Made by a program: the position numbers and the translations under genes. The notes under the pieces were generated by a model. The model saw only the letters and a program-made list of their open reading frames with translations. It searched no databases and was not told the origin of the DNA. Of a stretch of 64,000 bases of DNA, positions 1 through 13,889 are shown in pieces (the stretch's first letter is position 1; the number at the start of each line of letters is the position of its first letter). The DNA is from Selaginella moellendorffii (lineage: Eukaryota > Plantae > Lycopodiophyta), in the NCBI RefSeq assembly GCF_000143415.4, contig NW_003314393.1:315175-379174 (forward strand), read 5' to 3'.

Positions 1-182
1 TTCCTTCGTTCAAAGGCCCAAGGCCCTGAACCTTGGGTTCCTATGGACACGTGGCATGGATACGTGGCAAGTGACACGTGGCATCTGTCACGTGGCACAA
101 AGAGGGTTTAGGTTCTGCTTCGTGGTGTTATCCTATGGTAAATCACCATAGGATAAAGGGTCAAAACCACGTACGCTACATT

Positions 183-194
183 TGGTATCAGAGC
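183..194 (+). promoter_or_regulatory. Primer-binding site (tRNA-iMet)
   Basis: TGGTATCAGAGC 2 nt after the LTR end. Confidence 0.9.
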
Positions 195-3100
195 ATGAGT
201 CTCAGCGAGTACTATTCAATGAGATTGGGCAACTAGTCTCGTTGCATACGCAGAGATGAAAACGATGATCTGAGTGGGTACACGTTTGGTGCTAAGGGTT
301 CGCAATTGTTCCTTGGGTATGGATTCGGTTACCTTGTTGTACCATATTCTGTGAGCTTGAGCTTGGGCTCATAAGAGGGAATAAGTTGTTCCAATTTGCA
401 CGAGTTTGTGCTTGGGCTCGTGAGTGAGGCACATTAGCAACTCAAGGTTACACTTTGAGTTGGCAGGATTAATGTTAGCCTATCGGTCGTTCCATGGGTT
501 GTTCCAATGGTTCTGTGAGTTGTTCCATGTACCATGGGTGAAAGCAAACTTTCCCTGAGTTTGCTATGAGTGGCAAATAGGCTGGTCCGTAGCTGTTTAG
601 CACGGCACTAGTGGATCCTTCCTAGGCATGGTTACAAGTGGATCAGTCAAGACTGTAGGGATTAGTCGATTGGTTCAAGTAGTCATTGCCGTGCTCTCTC
701 ATAAACTTTTTCTTGGATTGGACTGAAAGCAGTGCGAACGCAAGCTTGAGGTTTAGTCAAAGATAAGACCGAAAAGAGAGTCATCGGGGACGAAGGATCA
801 AACACGTAAATCATTTTCTTTTCTTGAAGAAATGATTTGCAATGAGGTGTTGACTCATTGCTTGTATTCACATTATGCAATTAAGAGTCCCTACCTTGAT
901 GCATGTTGGAGATGATGGTCTTACAAATGGTGAGTTGTGGGATGGATAGCGGTGAAGCGCTATACCATTTTGTCTAGGCTTGCTATTGGAAGACTTGGGT
1001 TGCAATGCTCAATTCTTTTCCGGGGAACCTAGCTATTGCTTCTTAAGTAGCTTGGTGTTGGGTTAAGTTTTGAGTTTGATCGGATAGCGAGTGGCATGAG
1101 CTTGTCTGTGTTGTGAACAAAAGTTAGTGGTGTTGGGTGTTGTAAATCTCTATCGGTAGAGTGTGGCATTTATGTTGCATTCTGTCAAGTTGAGTTGGCA
1201 CTTGATATTCATGTAAACCTTTGAAGTAATGACATTGGCATTGTTCGTGGTGTTGCTCAATTGATGATCAAGTCATTGTGATTTTTATATCATATCCATG
1301 TGATAATGAGCAATGTGTTTGCGAAGTTGCTTGGTTAAATGATGATCAACCCCAAAGTGGTTGATGGTGAAGCTAGTCTACTTGCACGTAGTAGCATGTA
1401 GTAGCTTTGACTAGATTCTCAATAGTGGTCCATTATGCTAAGCTTAAGTTGGTACGTTATTCCTTTGAGAGTTTGCCCATTAGGTGTTGGAAAGGGTTGT
1501 AGCATTTGCTATAGCTCATTAGTTAATCCGTTAGCACTTGGAGTAAATTGTTGGATGGAGAAGGTGTGTAGTTAAGACATTAATATCGCTAGCACTTGTG
1601 TTAGTGGAAGTGGCATTGTTATTTTAAGTGATGAGGAAGTTTCCTTAGAGCTTGATTTTCCATGTCATTTTTCTTGTTAATGTTTTGGCTTTACATTGGA
1701 TCTTGAAGGTGGTTGAAGAAGAGTGTTAGTGCAATTTGAATATCCGAAGATATGGTCTCCGTGATCAAGCTTTAGATGTTCATTTTGCATTCTGCGGACG
1801 TCTATGTTGGATGTTGAAAGAATGGGCAAAGAGATGTTCGAGGCTTAAGCATACTATGGATCATGAGAATTTGTGTTGAGGTGAACCTATGTGAAGTTGT
1901 TAGTAGGAGGAAGTTAGTTGAGTCTTGAAAGTTTGTATTCCTGGACTAAGAGTCATTCTTTCTCTAGGATGGAAATTTTCCACAAATTTTCTTAGACTTT
2001 TCCAATAGCTGATCTGTTATCACTTTGTCCGAAAACCATTCCGTTTTCGTAAGCCAATACAAACTAGTGAAGGGGTTGGAGTTGACTTCAGTTGGCTTAA
2101 ACCTTAGTATGTAGTTTGTATGATGCGGCCTGAAAGGGATGCTGACTTTTGGGGCTAAGGCAATTGAGTTGGATAGAGTCTGGAGTTAATGTAGAAAAGT
2201 GGTTGTTGCACTTTTCTGAGAAAGGTGACCCTTGTACCTTTCTTTTGTAGCGTTATGCTTGGTGGCAGGTTGCACTTTGCATTTCGTTAGACTCTATGAG
2301 AGTAGTGAGCTCTCACTGATCTTGATTTGGTCTTGGTGGCCCTGCGCCTTGGCTAAGGATGGTGATGTTCAACTTAGTTGTTTGAATTTAAGATGTTGGT
2401 ACCCGTATTATAGCTTTGTCTATGAGGAGGTTGTGTACCGATATGAGTCTATCTCATGGTCTTCACTTTAGTTTCGACTGAGTGTTGATCATGCATAGCT
2501 AGCCTCTTCAAGGCATGCTCAGAGCTATTGGCAAAATGCTTTGGTGAGCTTATTGTGGTTGAGTTGGATTTGAGTGGTCATTTGGTTTGTGCTTGTCTAT
2601 GAACTTTTATCTCATATTTGGGGTATTACATTCATGTTGGACAAGTGTATAACTCGATGGCGCGAGTTAGTGTTTGGGTCTTGTGAAGGCAAGTTGAAGA
2701 GTGATTGTTCGTTGCTTTGCAACTAGTGATTACTTATAGACTTTGTCAAGGACTTTTGACACTTGCTGCACTTGATGATGATTCAGCAGTGATGGGCTTG
2801 CTTTACCGAATCGTGTTGCGGAGGATCGTGTCATTACACTTATATGGTTTTCCATGTTGGTATGTTGACTCTACCTCTGTCGATATCATTTGGTTGCGTT
2901 TAGTTCGTAGTGTTGGATTTCATTGAGTCTTGGACGTGGTGAATCACTCCTTGATGATGTGTTATCTGTAGCTGAGTATTGTTGAAGGATTAGTCTCAGA
3001 TACTGAGTAAAGTATCTTCGACTTTAGTTAGCTTAGTTGCTAGAGAGTTTTGGGTGGTGATTCACTCTTGCTTTCTTCTAGCTTTGTTCTGGTGTTGATG

Positions 3101-5182
3101 GCAGTGAAGTGATGCTTTATCATTGACATCGTTGTTATTGAGATTCGAGTGAGATGAGATGTTTCTCCTTAAGATTGACATTGAGTTTCATTAGTCTCAA
3201 TGAAGATAGTGTTGATGATTTGGCTATAGCTATCTGTTATTGGCATTCATGTATTTGCTAGTTAGCAACTATATTGACGTTCAAATGAACTGAGTGGCAA
3301 GTTTGAGTTAGTTGTGTTCTAGACGAGATTATTTAGTAAGGGTTGAGCTTTGGCTTTTCCTTGAAAAGTGATTTAGTCATGGACTATGCTAACTCTACAA
3401 GCGGAAGAGTTAGTGATCGATATTCGAAAGTTTGAATCCTGCTTGGATTTGAGTTGGGATATATTGATCCTGATGATTCTTCTTGTGCTTGTTATGAAGT
3501 GAGTTACGTCTTGCTATAGATGGATTCATGGAGGATCGTTTGATGATCACTTGTTGAGCATAGCTTTGTTATGCTTAGCTTTTGGATTGATGCAGACCTG
3601 CTCTTCATTAGCTTTGCATTATGAAGTTTAGCTTATAGATGTGTTGAGGAGGATATTGTGGGTTGTACCATGATTTCTTCTTTAGCATTGACGTTAGTTC
3701 ATGCGAGACTCGTGATCATTATTAGGCAAGACTTGGCTATAGACTTCTTCGAGCTTTTGGTTATTTGAGTTTTCATGCTCATTGTTCCATTTGTTAAGAG
3801 TTGTTGGGGGAAGGCATTTTGGCTCATTAGCTTTGATGTTGACGTTAGTCTTTGCATCTAGCAATCATTGGTGATGATTGACTATCATCTAAGATAGTTG
3901 ATTATCCTTGTCAAGGGTTTTGCTTGATTATTGTTGGTATAGAATGATTTGCTGTTCTTCGGGATAGTAGATTTTTTTTTCTTCAATGATAATTATGCAT
4001 TTCTCTATTCATAGGATGATTGATGGTCTTTTATGGTGGTTAGTTGTTCTATTTGATGGGTTGTGGCTTTTCGCAATATCACATGTTCTTTGTGATTTGC
4101 TCTGGATTGGTCTCTTGGGTTTGAGACATCAGTAGGATGTTGCTGACACTTGCTTAGGCAACTTGAGTTCTTTGGTATTGTTGGCTGGGATCTATTCAGA
4201 TTGGCTTTTGTGATAGTTGGCAGGAATGAGTGTTTGTTGGTCTTACCGCATTCATTCTGTTCTATTGATTATTGCTCGAGTTAGTTCTGACAGATTGGGA
4301 TGTTATTACCTTTGGGTGATACATTCGCGAGCATTGTGCTTGTTAGTCAATGATACTTTGTGTTCTTTAAGTTATCTCTAGTAAGTTGTTCGCTTACTGT
4401 CTACTATCTTCGGTAGTTAAGTTTCATCATCGAGTTTCCTTGATGATATATTAGCTATTGAGTTTTGTTGGATAGTGCATTCTGTGTTTACCAGTTATAA
4501 TGATCTTGGTGGTCCCTATACTATACTACTAGTTTATCGGATGATAACTTGCTTAGAATACTTTTGTGTTCTACTCTAAGATATAATCACTGATAATTAA
4601 GCTTCTAAGATATCATTGTTTCTCACTTTGATATTGTCCATCTATTGATCTTTGAGTTTGGGCCAGTATAGGCAGACTGGCTTCGGCACTTCGTGTGCAT
4701 GTTGAAATCTCTAGTCATGGGGTAGCTACTGTCGACTGGTCACATAACCCGCCTCTCTGTCGATGTTCCTTATTCCGTTAAAAGGGCGTGACCGTGTAAA
4801 CAACTCTAACTGCATGTTTACAGTAGTCTATCTAAACCTTACCGACGGGTTTGGTTTCTTTGCTTAGGAGGGTTGGGGCCTCTGGCTTCTCTCTCTATGT
4901 TCCTGCGGGCAGGGCATATCACACTTTTGTAAGCTGGGTGACTCCCAGAGCAGCAAGGGTGGCTGACTCCATTGGTCATTTCCTTGTCGGCGACGGCCGG
5001 AAGGTGTCTGAGCTGGTAGCGCATTTGCGTTAGACAAAGAGGTTGCCCCCTAACTCATTTAAGTTGGTGCATTTCTCACATAGTGTGAGTACCGTGAACT
5101 TTTTCTGGAGTTGTTTCCTTGGCAGTATTCTAGACTCGAGTATGCATCGACGAGGACGTCGATCTTCCCTAGGGGGGGAGAG

Positions 5183-6327
5183 TGTCGCGCATGTGACTTC
5201 GGGTATCGAAAGTTACCTGTCGACTAGTCCTTACGGACACTCTTACCTTACTGCCACGATGGCAGGAGGTCGGTATTGCTGGACCCGTTATCAGTTTCCC
5301 ACTTGAGCTAGTTGAGAAACTGGTCAATGACCGTGTACTTAGATCGGATAAACATAAGGTAGGAACCCTATGTGTTTCTTGCTGAGCATACTCGGCCTGG
5401 TTTGAGAAACTCCTGTCATTGGCTTGCACTTGCTAGTATCAAGAACCCCCGCGATATTGAGATTGGTCCCTCAATACCGCTAGATGATAGCTTACCGTGT
5501 CTGCCAAACACCCTCGCTATCATGCCCTTTGTGTTAGTCTCATTTTGGTCCCAAATGCTATTTATGGAAAGTGTCCAGATTTGCTCATTTGGCATATCTA
5601 CAGAATGTAGAGATCGGCCTGAACACAATGGTGTTCGTCCCGTGTCCAAATTCGCAATCTAAGGACATTCCATATTTAGTAAGTTTCGAGCTTGTCCCAG
5701 AGACTAACTCCTGATACTAAGGGAGGCTTGGGGTGAAAGCCCAAAGCGTGTGTTCCTCAAGGGGGGGGGGCTATGGGGGGTTCCAAATGTATAGTAGGGA
5801 TAGTGGGTAGGTCGGGCATGGCCGACCAACCTGAGGCATAGTCTAGCTCCCGCTTGCGTGCCTGTCCTTGTTCTGCGTCCGGCTTGGGTCTAAGCCCAAG
5901 TTCCATTCCATGCTAGTTGGTGGAGTACCCATGTTCTCGCGTTAGGCCACCGGTATGCCGAAATAGCGCCAGACTCCGTTTGGCTCCATTTTGCGTGCTG
6001 GTCCTGGCATTGGGATGCTGGTTGCTCTAGGACTGTTCCAAGTTGCTCCGGGCCCCTGTCCCTTCGCTCCTTGGGCTTTATGCTCAGGAGTTGCTCCGTG
6101 GTTCGGTTCCATCACTCCTTGGCTCCATGCTTAGGAGTTTGGCACCGTTCCTTCGTTCAAAGGCCCAAGGCCCTGAACCTTGGGTTCCTATGGACACGTG
6201 GCATGGATACGTGGCAAGTGACACGTGGCATCTGTCACGTGGCACAAAGAGGGTTTAGGTTCCGCTTCGTGGTGTTATCCTATGGTAAATCACCATAGGA
6301 TAAAGGGTCAAAACCATGTACGCTACA
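5183..6327 (+). repeat. 3' LTR of LARD-like copy A (~1145 bp)
   Basis: Starts TGTCGCG directly after the PPT and ends GCTACA; homologous to 9690-10593, 20798-21880 (rc) and 42151-43142 (rc). Confidence 0.9.
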
Positions 6328-9300
6328 GCTACAGTTGGATATCGGAAAAATGGGCAAAGATGTTCGATACTTAAGCATATTATGGGTCATGAGAATTTGC
6401 GTTGAGGTGAACTTATGTGAAGTTGTTGGTAGGAGGAAGTTGGTTGAGTCTTGGAAGTTTGCATTCTTGGACTGGGAGTTATTCTTTCTCTGGGATGGAA
6501 AATTTTCCACAAATTTTCTTAGGCTTTTCCAAAGGCTGATCTGTTGATCACTTTGCTCGAAAACCATTCTGTTTTCATAAGCCAATACAAACTAGTGAAG
6601 GTGTTGGAGTTGATTTCGATTAGCCTAAACCTTAGTAGATAGTTTGTATGATGCGACCTGAAAGGGATGCTAACTTTTGGGGCTAACGCAATTGAGTTGG
6701 ATAGAGTCTGGTGTTAATATAGAAAAGTGGCCGTTGCACTTTTCTAAGAAGGGTGACCTTTGTGCCTTTCTTTATAGTGTTCTGCTTGGTGGCAGATTGC
6801 ACCTTGCATTTCGCTAAGACTCTATGAGAGTAGTGAGCTCTCACTGATCTTGACTTAGTCTTGGTGGCCCTACACCTTGACTAAGGATGGTGATGTTCAA
6901 CTTAGTTGTTTGAAATTGAGATGTTGGTACCCGTACTATAGCTTTGTCTATGAGGAGGTTGTGTACTGATATGAGTCCATCTCATAGTCTTCACTTTAGT
7001 TTCGACTAAGTGTTGGTCATATATAGCTAGCCTCTTCAAGGCATGCTCAAAGCTATTGACTAGATGTGTTGGTGAGTTTATTGCGGTTGAGTTGGATTTG
7101 AGTGGTCATTTAATTTATGCTTGTCCATGAAACTTTATCTCATACTTGGGGTATTATGTTTATATTGGACAAGTATATGACTCGATAGCATGAGTTTAGT
7201 GTTGGGTCTTGTGAAGGCAAGTTGAAGAGTGATTGTTGGTTGCTTTGCAACTAATGATTGCTTATAGACTTTGTCGAGGACTCTTGACACTTGCTTCACT
7301 TGATGATGATTCAGCAATGATAGGATTGCTTTACCGAATGGTGTTGCGAAGGATCGTGTCGTTAAACTTACATGGGTTTTCTATGTTGGCATGTCGACTT
7401 TACTTTTGTCGATGTCTTTGGTTGCGTTTAGTCTGTAGTGTTGAATTTCATTAAGTCTTGGACATGGTGAATCACTTCTTGATGACATGTTATCTATAGC
7501 TGAGTATTGTCGAAGGTTTAGTCTTGGATACTGAGTAAGGTATCTTCGACTTTGGTTAACTTGGGTTGCTAGAGGGCTTTGAGTGGTGATTCACTTTTGC
7601 TTTCTTCTAGCTTTGTTATGGTGTTGATGGCATTGAAGTGATGCCTTGTCATTGATATTATTGATGTTGAGATTCAAGTGAGATGAGATGTCTATCCTTA
7701 GGGTTAATATTGAGTTTCATTACTCTCGATATAGATAGTGTTGATGATTTGGCCATGACTTTGTGTTATTAGCATTCGTGCATTTGTTAGTTTGCAACTA
7801 TGTTGACGTTCAAATGAACTAAGTGGCAAATTTGAGTTAGTTGTGTTTTAGACGAGATTATTTAGTAAGGGTTGAGCTCTAGCTTTTCCTTGAAAAGTGA
7901 TTCAGTCATGACTATGCTAACTCTACAAGCGAAAGAGTTAGTGATCGATATTGGAAAGTTTGAATCCTTATTAGGTTTGAGTTGGAATATATCGATCCTT
8001 GATGATTCTTCTTGTGCTTGTTATGAAGTTTACGTCTTGCTATAGATGGATTCATAGAAAATCGTTTGGTGATCATTTGTCGAGCATAGCTTTGTTATGC
8101 TTAACTTTTGGATTGATGCAAACATGCTCTTCATTAGCTTTGGCATTATAAAGTCTAGCTTATGAATGTGTTGAGGAAGATATTATGGGTTGCACCATGG
8201 TTTCTTCTTTAGCATTGAAGTTAATTTATGCAAAACTTGTGATCATTGTTAGGCACACCTTAGCTATAGGCTTCTTTGAGTTTTTGGTTCCTTGAGTTTT
8301 TTTATGCTCATTGCCCCATTTGCTAGGAGTTATTGGGGAAGGCATTTTGGCTTATTAGCTTCAATGTTGAAGTTGGCTTTTGCATCTAGCAATCATTGGT
8401 GAAGATTGACTATCATCTAGGATAGTTGATTATCCTTGTCAAAAGGTTTTACTTGATTATTGTTGGTATAGAATGAATTGTTGTTCTTCGGGATGGTATA
8501 TTCTTTCTTATACAACGATTATGCATCTCTTTATTGATGGGATGATTGATGATCTTTTATGATAGTTAGTTGTTCTCTTTGATGGGTTTTGGTTTTTCGC
8601 AATACCACATATTTCTTATGGTTTACTCTAGATTGGTCTCTTGGGTTTAAGACGTTAGTAGAATGTGGCTGACACTTGCTTAGGCAACTTGAGTTCCTTT
8701 GTATTGTTGACTGAGATCTATTTAGTTTGGCTAGTGCGATGGTTGGCATGAATGCTATGTTTGTTGGTTTTGAAACATTCATTCTGTTATGTTGATCATT
8801 GTTGAGTTCGTTCTGATAGATTGGGATGTTATTTCCTTCGGGTGATACATTTGCGAGCATTTTGCTTGCCAGTCGATGATACTTTGTGTTCTTTGAGTTC
8901 TCTTTCGTAAGTTGTTTGGCATTCTGTCTGCAATCTTCTATAGTTAAGTTTTCATTATTGAGTTTCCTTGATGATACACTGGCTATTGAATTTTGTTGGA
9001 TGGTGCTTCCTATGTTTACCAATTATGATGATCTTGGTGGTTCCTATACTATAATACTAGTTTATCGGATGATAACTTCTTTAGAATACTTTTGTGTTCT
9101 AATCTAAGATTTATTCACTGATAATTATAACCCTAAGATATCATTGTCTATGACTTTGATATTGTCCATCTATTGATCTTTGAGTTTGGGCCAGTATTGG
9201 GCAGACTGGCTTCAGCACTTCGTGTGCATGTTGAAATTTCTAGTCATGGGGTAGCTACTGTCGACTGGTCACATAACCCACCTCTCTGTCGATGTTCCTT

Positions 9301-10593
9301 ATTCTGTTGAAAGGGCGTGACCGTGTAAACAACTCTAATTGCCTGTTTACAGTAGTCTATCTAAACCTTACCGACGGGTTTAGTTTCTTTGCTTATGAGG
9401 GTTGGGGCCTTTGGCTTCTCTTTCTATGTCCCTGCAGGCAGGGGCGTATCACACTTTTGTAAGCTGGGTGACACCCAGAGCAGCAAGGGTGGCTGACTCC
9501 ATTGGTCATTTCCTAAGATGGTAGCGCATCCGTGTTAGACAAAGAGGTTGCCTCCTAACTCATTTAAGTTGGTACATTTCTCACATAGTGTGAATACTGT
9601 GAACTTTTTTTCTAGAGTTGTTTCCTTGGCGGTATTCTAGACTCGAGTGTGCATCGACGAGGACGTCGATCTTCCCTAGGGGGGGAGAGTGTCGCGAATG
9701 TGACTTCGGGTATTGAAAGTTACCTGTCAGCTAGTCCTTACGGACACTCTTACCTTATTGCCACAATGGCAAGAGGTCGGTATTGCTAGACCCGTTATCA
9801 GTTTCCCACTTGAGCTAGTTGAGAAACTGGTCAATGACCGTGTACTTAGATCGGATAAACATAAGGTATGAACCCTATGTGTTTCTTGCTGAGCATACTC
9901 GGCCTGCTTTGAGAAACTCCTGTCATTGGCTTGCACTTGCTAGTGTCAAGAACCCCCACGATATTGAGATTGGTCCCTTAATATCGCTAAATGACAGCTT
10001 ACCGTGTCTGCCAAACACCCTCACTATCATACCCTTAATGTTGGTCTCATTTTGGTCCCAAATGCTATTTATGGAAAGGGTCCAGATTTGCACATTTGGC
10101 ATATCTATGGAATGTAGAGATCGTCCTGAACACAATAGTGTTCGTCCCGTGTCCAAATTCACAATCTAAGAACATTCCATATTTAATAAGTTTCGAGCTT
10201 GTCCCAGAGACTAACTCCTGATACTAAGGGAGGCTTGGGGTGAAAGCCCAAAGCATGTGTTCCTCAAGGGGGGGGGGGGCTGTGGGGGGTTCCAAATGTA
10301 TAGTAGGGATAGTGGGTAGGTCGGGTATGGTCGACCAACCTGAGGCATAGTCTAGCTCCCACTTGCGTGCCTGTCCTTGTTTTGCGTCCGGCTTGGGTCT
10401 AAGCCCAAGCTCCACACCATGCTAGCTGGTGGAGTACCCATGTCCTCGCGTTAGGCCACCGGTATGCCGAAATAGCGCCAGACTTCGTTTTGCTCTGTTT
10501 TGCGTGCTGGTCCAGAGAGTTTAGGTTCCGCTTCATGGTGTTATCCCATGGTAAATCACCATAGGATAAAGGGTCAAAACCACGTGTGCTACA
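6328..10593 (+). mobile_element. 3' portion of a second LARD-like copy (B), with 3' LTR 9690-10593
   Basis: 6328 onward aligns to the copy A internal region from ~1804 onward; same PPT at ~9678-9689; its LTR lacks ~240 bp present in 5183-6327. Confidence 0.85.
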
Positions 10594-13050
10594 GGTTATC
10601 ACATCAAGCAATCACCATGATGCGAGAGGCAAAAGGCACTCCCTACTCTTTGGTTTCCAAGGTTAAGGAGGAATCAAAAATAGATGAGCCCCCTGAGCCC
10701 AAGGTTTCTCCAGACTCCAGGGTTCATGCCATTTTCCTAGGTGATGACAAGGACCCAGTCTTTATCGCCACATTGCTTGCTTCAACGAACGCAACAAAGC
10801 TCTTGGATCTCCTTCACTGTTTCAAGGACGTGTTCCCTTGGGACTACAGCCAGCTTCTAGGAGTTCCCATGGACACGATCATGCACAGTATTATGCTTTC
10901 AGAGTCAGCCAAACCAGTCTGTTAAAAGATGTGGCGTTTTAGCCCGGCAGCTCACTCCGAGATGACGTTGGAGATCGAGCGACTTCTGGCAGCCGGCTTT
11001 ATTTACCCCTTGGAGAGCTCCAAGTGGGTGGCAAATCTCGTCCTTGCATGCAAGGCAAATGGAAAACTTCGCCTCTACGTTGACTTTCGAGACTTGAACA
11101 AGGCAACTTCAAAAGATCACTTTTCGACTCCATTTATCGATGCGATTGTGGATGAGATGGCTGGACACTGGTACTACTCTTTCATGGATGGCTTTTCAGG
11201 GTACAACCAGATCTTCATTCATCCGGATCATTGAGATCTTATGGCCTTCTAGACACCTTGGGGTGTCTTTGCTTTCAATGTCCTCCCATTTGGCTTGTGT
11301 AATGCCGGAGCTACTTTTCAGCGCTTTATGACCCACGCCTTTCACAACTTGATTGAAGGCACCTTGAGGGTGTATATGGATGATCTGTGCACGACCTTTT
11401 ACTCCTTTGAGGATCACCTTATGCACTTGGAACAGATCTTCACTTGCTGCCGACAACACAGGTTTTCATTGAACCCGGCAAAATGTAAATTTAGGGTGAT
11501 TGAAGGCTGGTTACTAGGCTTTGATGTCTCACAGGATGGGATCAAGCCCCAAGTAGCCAAGGTGCAGGAGATTCTAGATCATAACCCACCAACCAACTTG
11601 AAGCAGCTTCGCAGCTTCCTCGGGCAAACGGGTTTCTTTCGCCGTTTCCTCCACAACTATGCTGCATATACACGGCCTTTGATAGCTCTACTACAACACA
11701 ATGTTCCATTTGTCTAGGGTGAGTCCCAGCAACAAGCCTTTGAATCACTGAAGTAGTCACTCCGCACAGCCCCGGTACTCCAACCACCAGAGCGTCAACT
11801 TCCTTTTGACATTTACATCACAATGGGTACAGAGGCTTTTGGAGTATGCCTTTGCCAATGTTCACAGCCTGGCAAACCACCACATGCAACATACTATGCC
11901 TCACATTCATTTAAGGAGACTGAGAAGAAGTACGTGGATGCGGAATAAGAAGCAGTGGTTGTTGTTTACACCTTGCTGTGTACACCTTGGATTCAGGTTA
12001 GTTCCCAACAGATTCCTCACCCGTGAAACAAAAGGCATTGGAGATCCAAGCATGGGGGTTTTGCCTTCTCGACGGACACCTTTATAGGAGGACTTCTCAG
12101 GAAGTTTTGTTGCAGTGTGTGGGGGAACACGAGGTCCTTGAGCTCCTTTGCGCTTTCCACTCTTGTGCGGGGCATTTCTCGGGATAGGTCACAGCACAGC
12201 TCCTCTTGCGCCATGGCTACTTTTGGCCTCGGATTCACCAGGACAGCTTGGCCTATGCAAAGGCGTGTGAGCAGTGCCAACGGTTCAACCCCCGGAGCCA
12301 TGTTCCACATCTTCCTTTCCAGCTCATCACTTCTCTGGGTCCCTTTTTCCAGTGGGGACTTGACTTCGTCGGCCCGATAAACCCACCGAGCTCAAAAGGA
12401 CAGCGATACATCATCGTGGCAATGGACTATTTCACAAAATGGGTTGAGGCCACCCCTCTACGACAGCCAGATCAACAGTCTACAGCAAAGTTTGTCTACG
12501 AGTACATCATTTGCTGATTTAGAGTTCCTGCTGTTTTGATTTCCGATCGCGGCAACGGCTTCCTTAGATAGGTGATGCAGCATCTTCTCCAGCAGTTGCA
12601 GGTCAAGCACATGAAGAGTAGCAGCTATTATCTTGAGTGCAATGGCCAGGCAAAGTCCAGCAACAAGATATTGAAGACAGTCATCTCAAAGCTTGTGGAG
12701 GATCACCCAAGGCACTGGCACGAGCACTTGGTTACGGCATTGTGGGCCTTTCAGACCCCCTTCAAGACATCCATCTCTGCAACCCCATTCTCCCTTGTCT
12801 ATGGGATAGAGGCCATGCTTTCAGTGGAGATCCAGGTGCCATCACTCTCACTTTCACTTCGATACGCAGCAATAATGCAGCTTAGCGATGGGGACAAGCT
12901 TCATGCACGTGACTTGGAGGTTCTTGCCTTGAAAGAATAGCAACGATCCACATTGGAACATCTACTTTGAGGCAAGCTGAAGATCAAGTCAGTCATTGAT
13001 CACCAACGTTCTGCCAAACCATTCCAGAATGGCGATCTTGTTCTACTTAA
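10594..13050 (+). pseudogene. Decayed Ty3/gypsy pol (RT-RNaseH-integrase), Athila/Tat-like
   Basis: Fragments VDFRDLNKAT, FMDGFSGYNQI, VYMDD, LRSFLGQTGFFRRF, WGLDFVGPINPPS, DYFTKWVEA, broken by stops and frameshifts. Confidence 0.9.
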
Positions 13051-13889
13051 GGTGTTTACACAGCGAGAGCAGGTGGTTACTAGGTACAGGTTACAAGTCC
13101 CCAGTTACTGGTTACTAGTTACCAGTTACCAGTTACCAGCTACTCCCAGTGGTCAGCGCTTACTCTACAGGCCAATGGTTATCAATGGCCACCTTTTCAG
13201 AGTGCCACCACCATCTTGGTGCTCCACCATATCACTCCATCTTTCATCATTTCCACACTTACCACCCTTGGGCAACAGATCCTCTCTTCTACCTCTCTTT
13301 CTTTCTCAATTTCAGCCTATCCTTGGAGCATACCAGAAGTCATCAAAAGGCTACATTTGCATATTACACTTTCCTGAGCCAAAATCTAGGTATAGGTTAA
13401 GTTCTTTGGGTGCTCACTCTTTTTCCTCTATTTTCCTTCTATTTTCACACTTTTTCTACACTTTTCTTCAACTTCAAGGTTCTGTTTGACTACAGGATTT
13501 CCCACCGGGTTTTCCTCCCTATCTCCAAACTTCACACCTACCTCTTTTCTTTCTTTTCCACTTTGTTTTCTAGAGTTTCTACTATTTCACGTAGCTACCA
13601 GCACCCTAAACCCATCAGTAGCAGAGGTACACTCTACACTCTTCAGACGGTTCTCACGCATCTGGAGCGAGCACGATCCACCGTGGTTGCATGTTAGGGC
13701 ATGGCCACCGAGAGAGTGAAAGAGAGAGAGGGAATATTCTAGTCCTCAAAATATTCCCCATCTTCTTTGTATAAAACCCTTGCCCCACAAGGGCAAGGGG
13801 GGGCATTTTGCAAAGGGCGTTGAAGCATTTCTCGTGTTTAAGCGAGCCTTGGGGGAAGCACCCCTCCTTCCCCCAACAAAGGCAGTAAG

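Larger units (their letters stand above)
1..6327 (+). mobile_element. Non-autonomous LTR retroelement (LARD-like), copy A; 5' LTR truncated by the window edge
   Basis: LTR end ...CGCTACA at 180, PBS TGGTATCAGAGC at 183-194, ~5 kb T/G-rich internal region without a recognisable gag/pol ORF, PPT AGGGGGGGAGAG 5171-5182, 3' LTR TG...CA 5183-6327 whose last 180 bp match 1-180. Confidence 0.85.

Noticed and set aside
683-9107. Short ORFs in the LARD internal regions
   Set aside because: No gag/pol motifs, and the frames are mostly not preserved between the two copies.
13052-13720. Host gene from overlapping 77-145 aa ORFs
   Set aside because: Low-complexity pyrimidine-rich sequence with a GTTACCA microrepeat between retroelement fragments; no protein signature.
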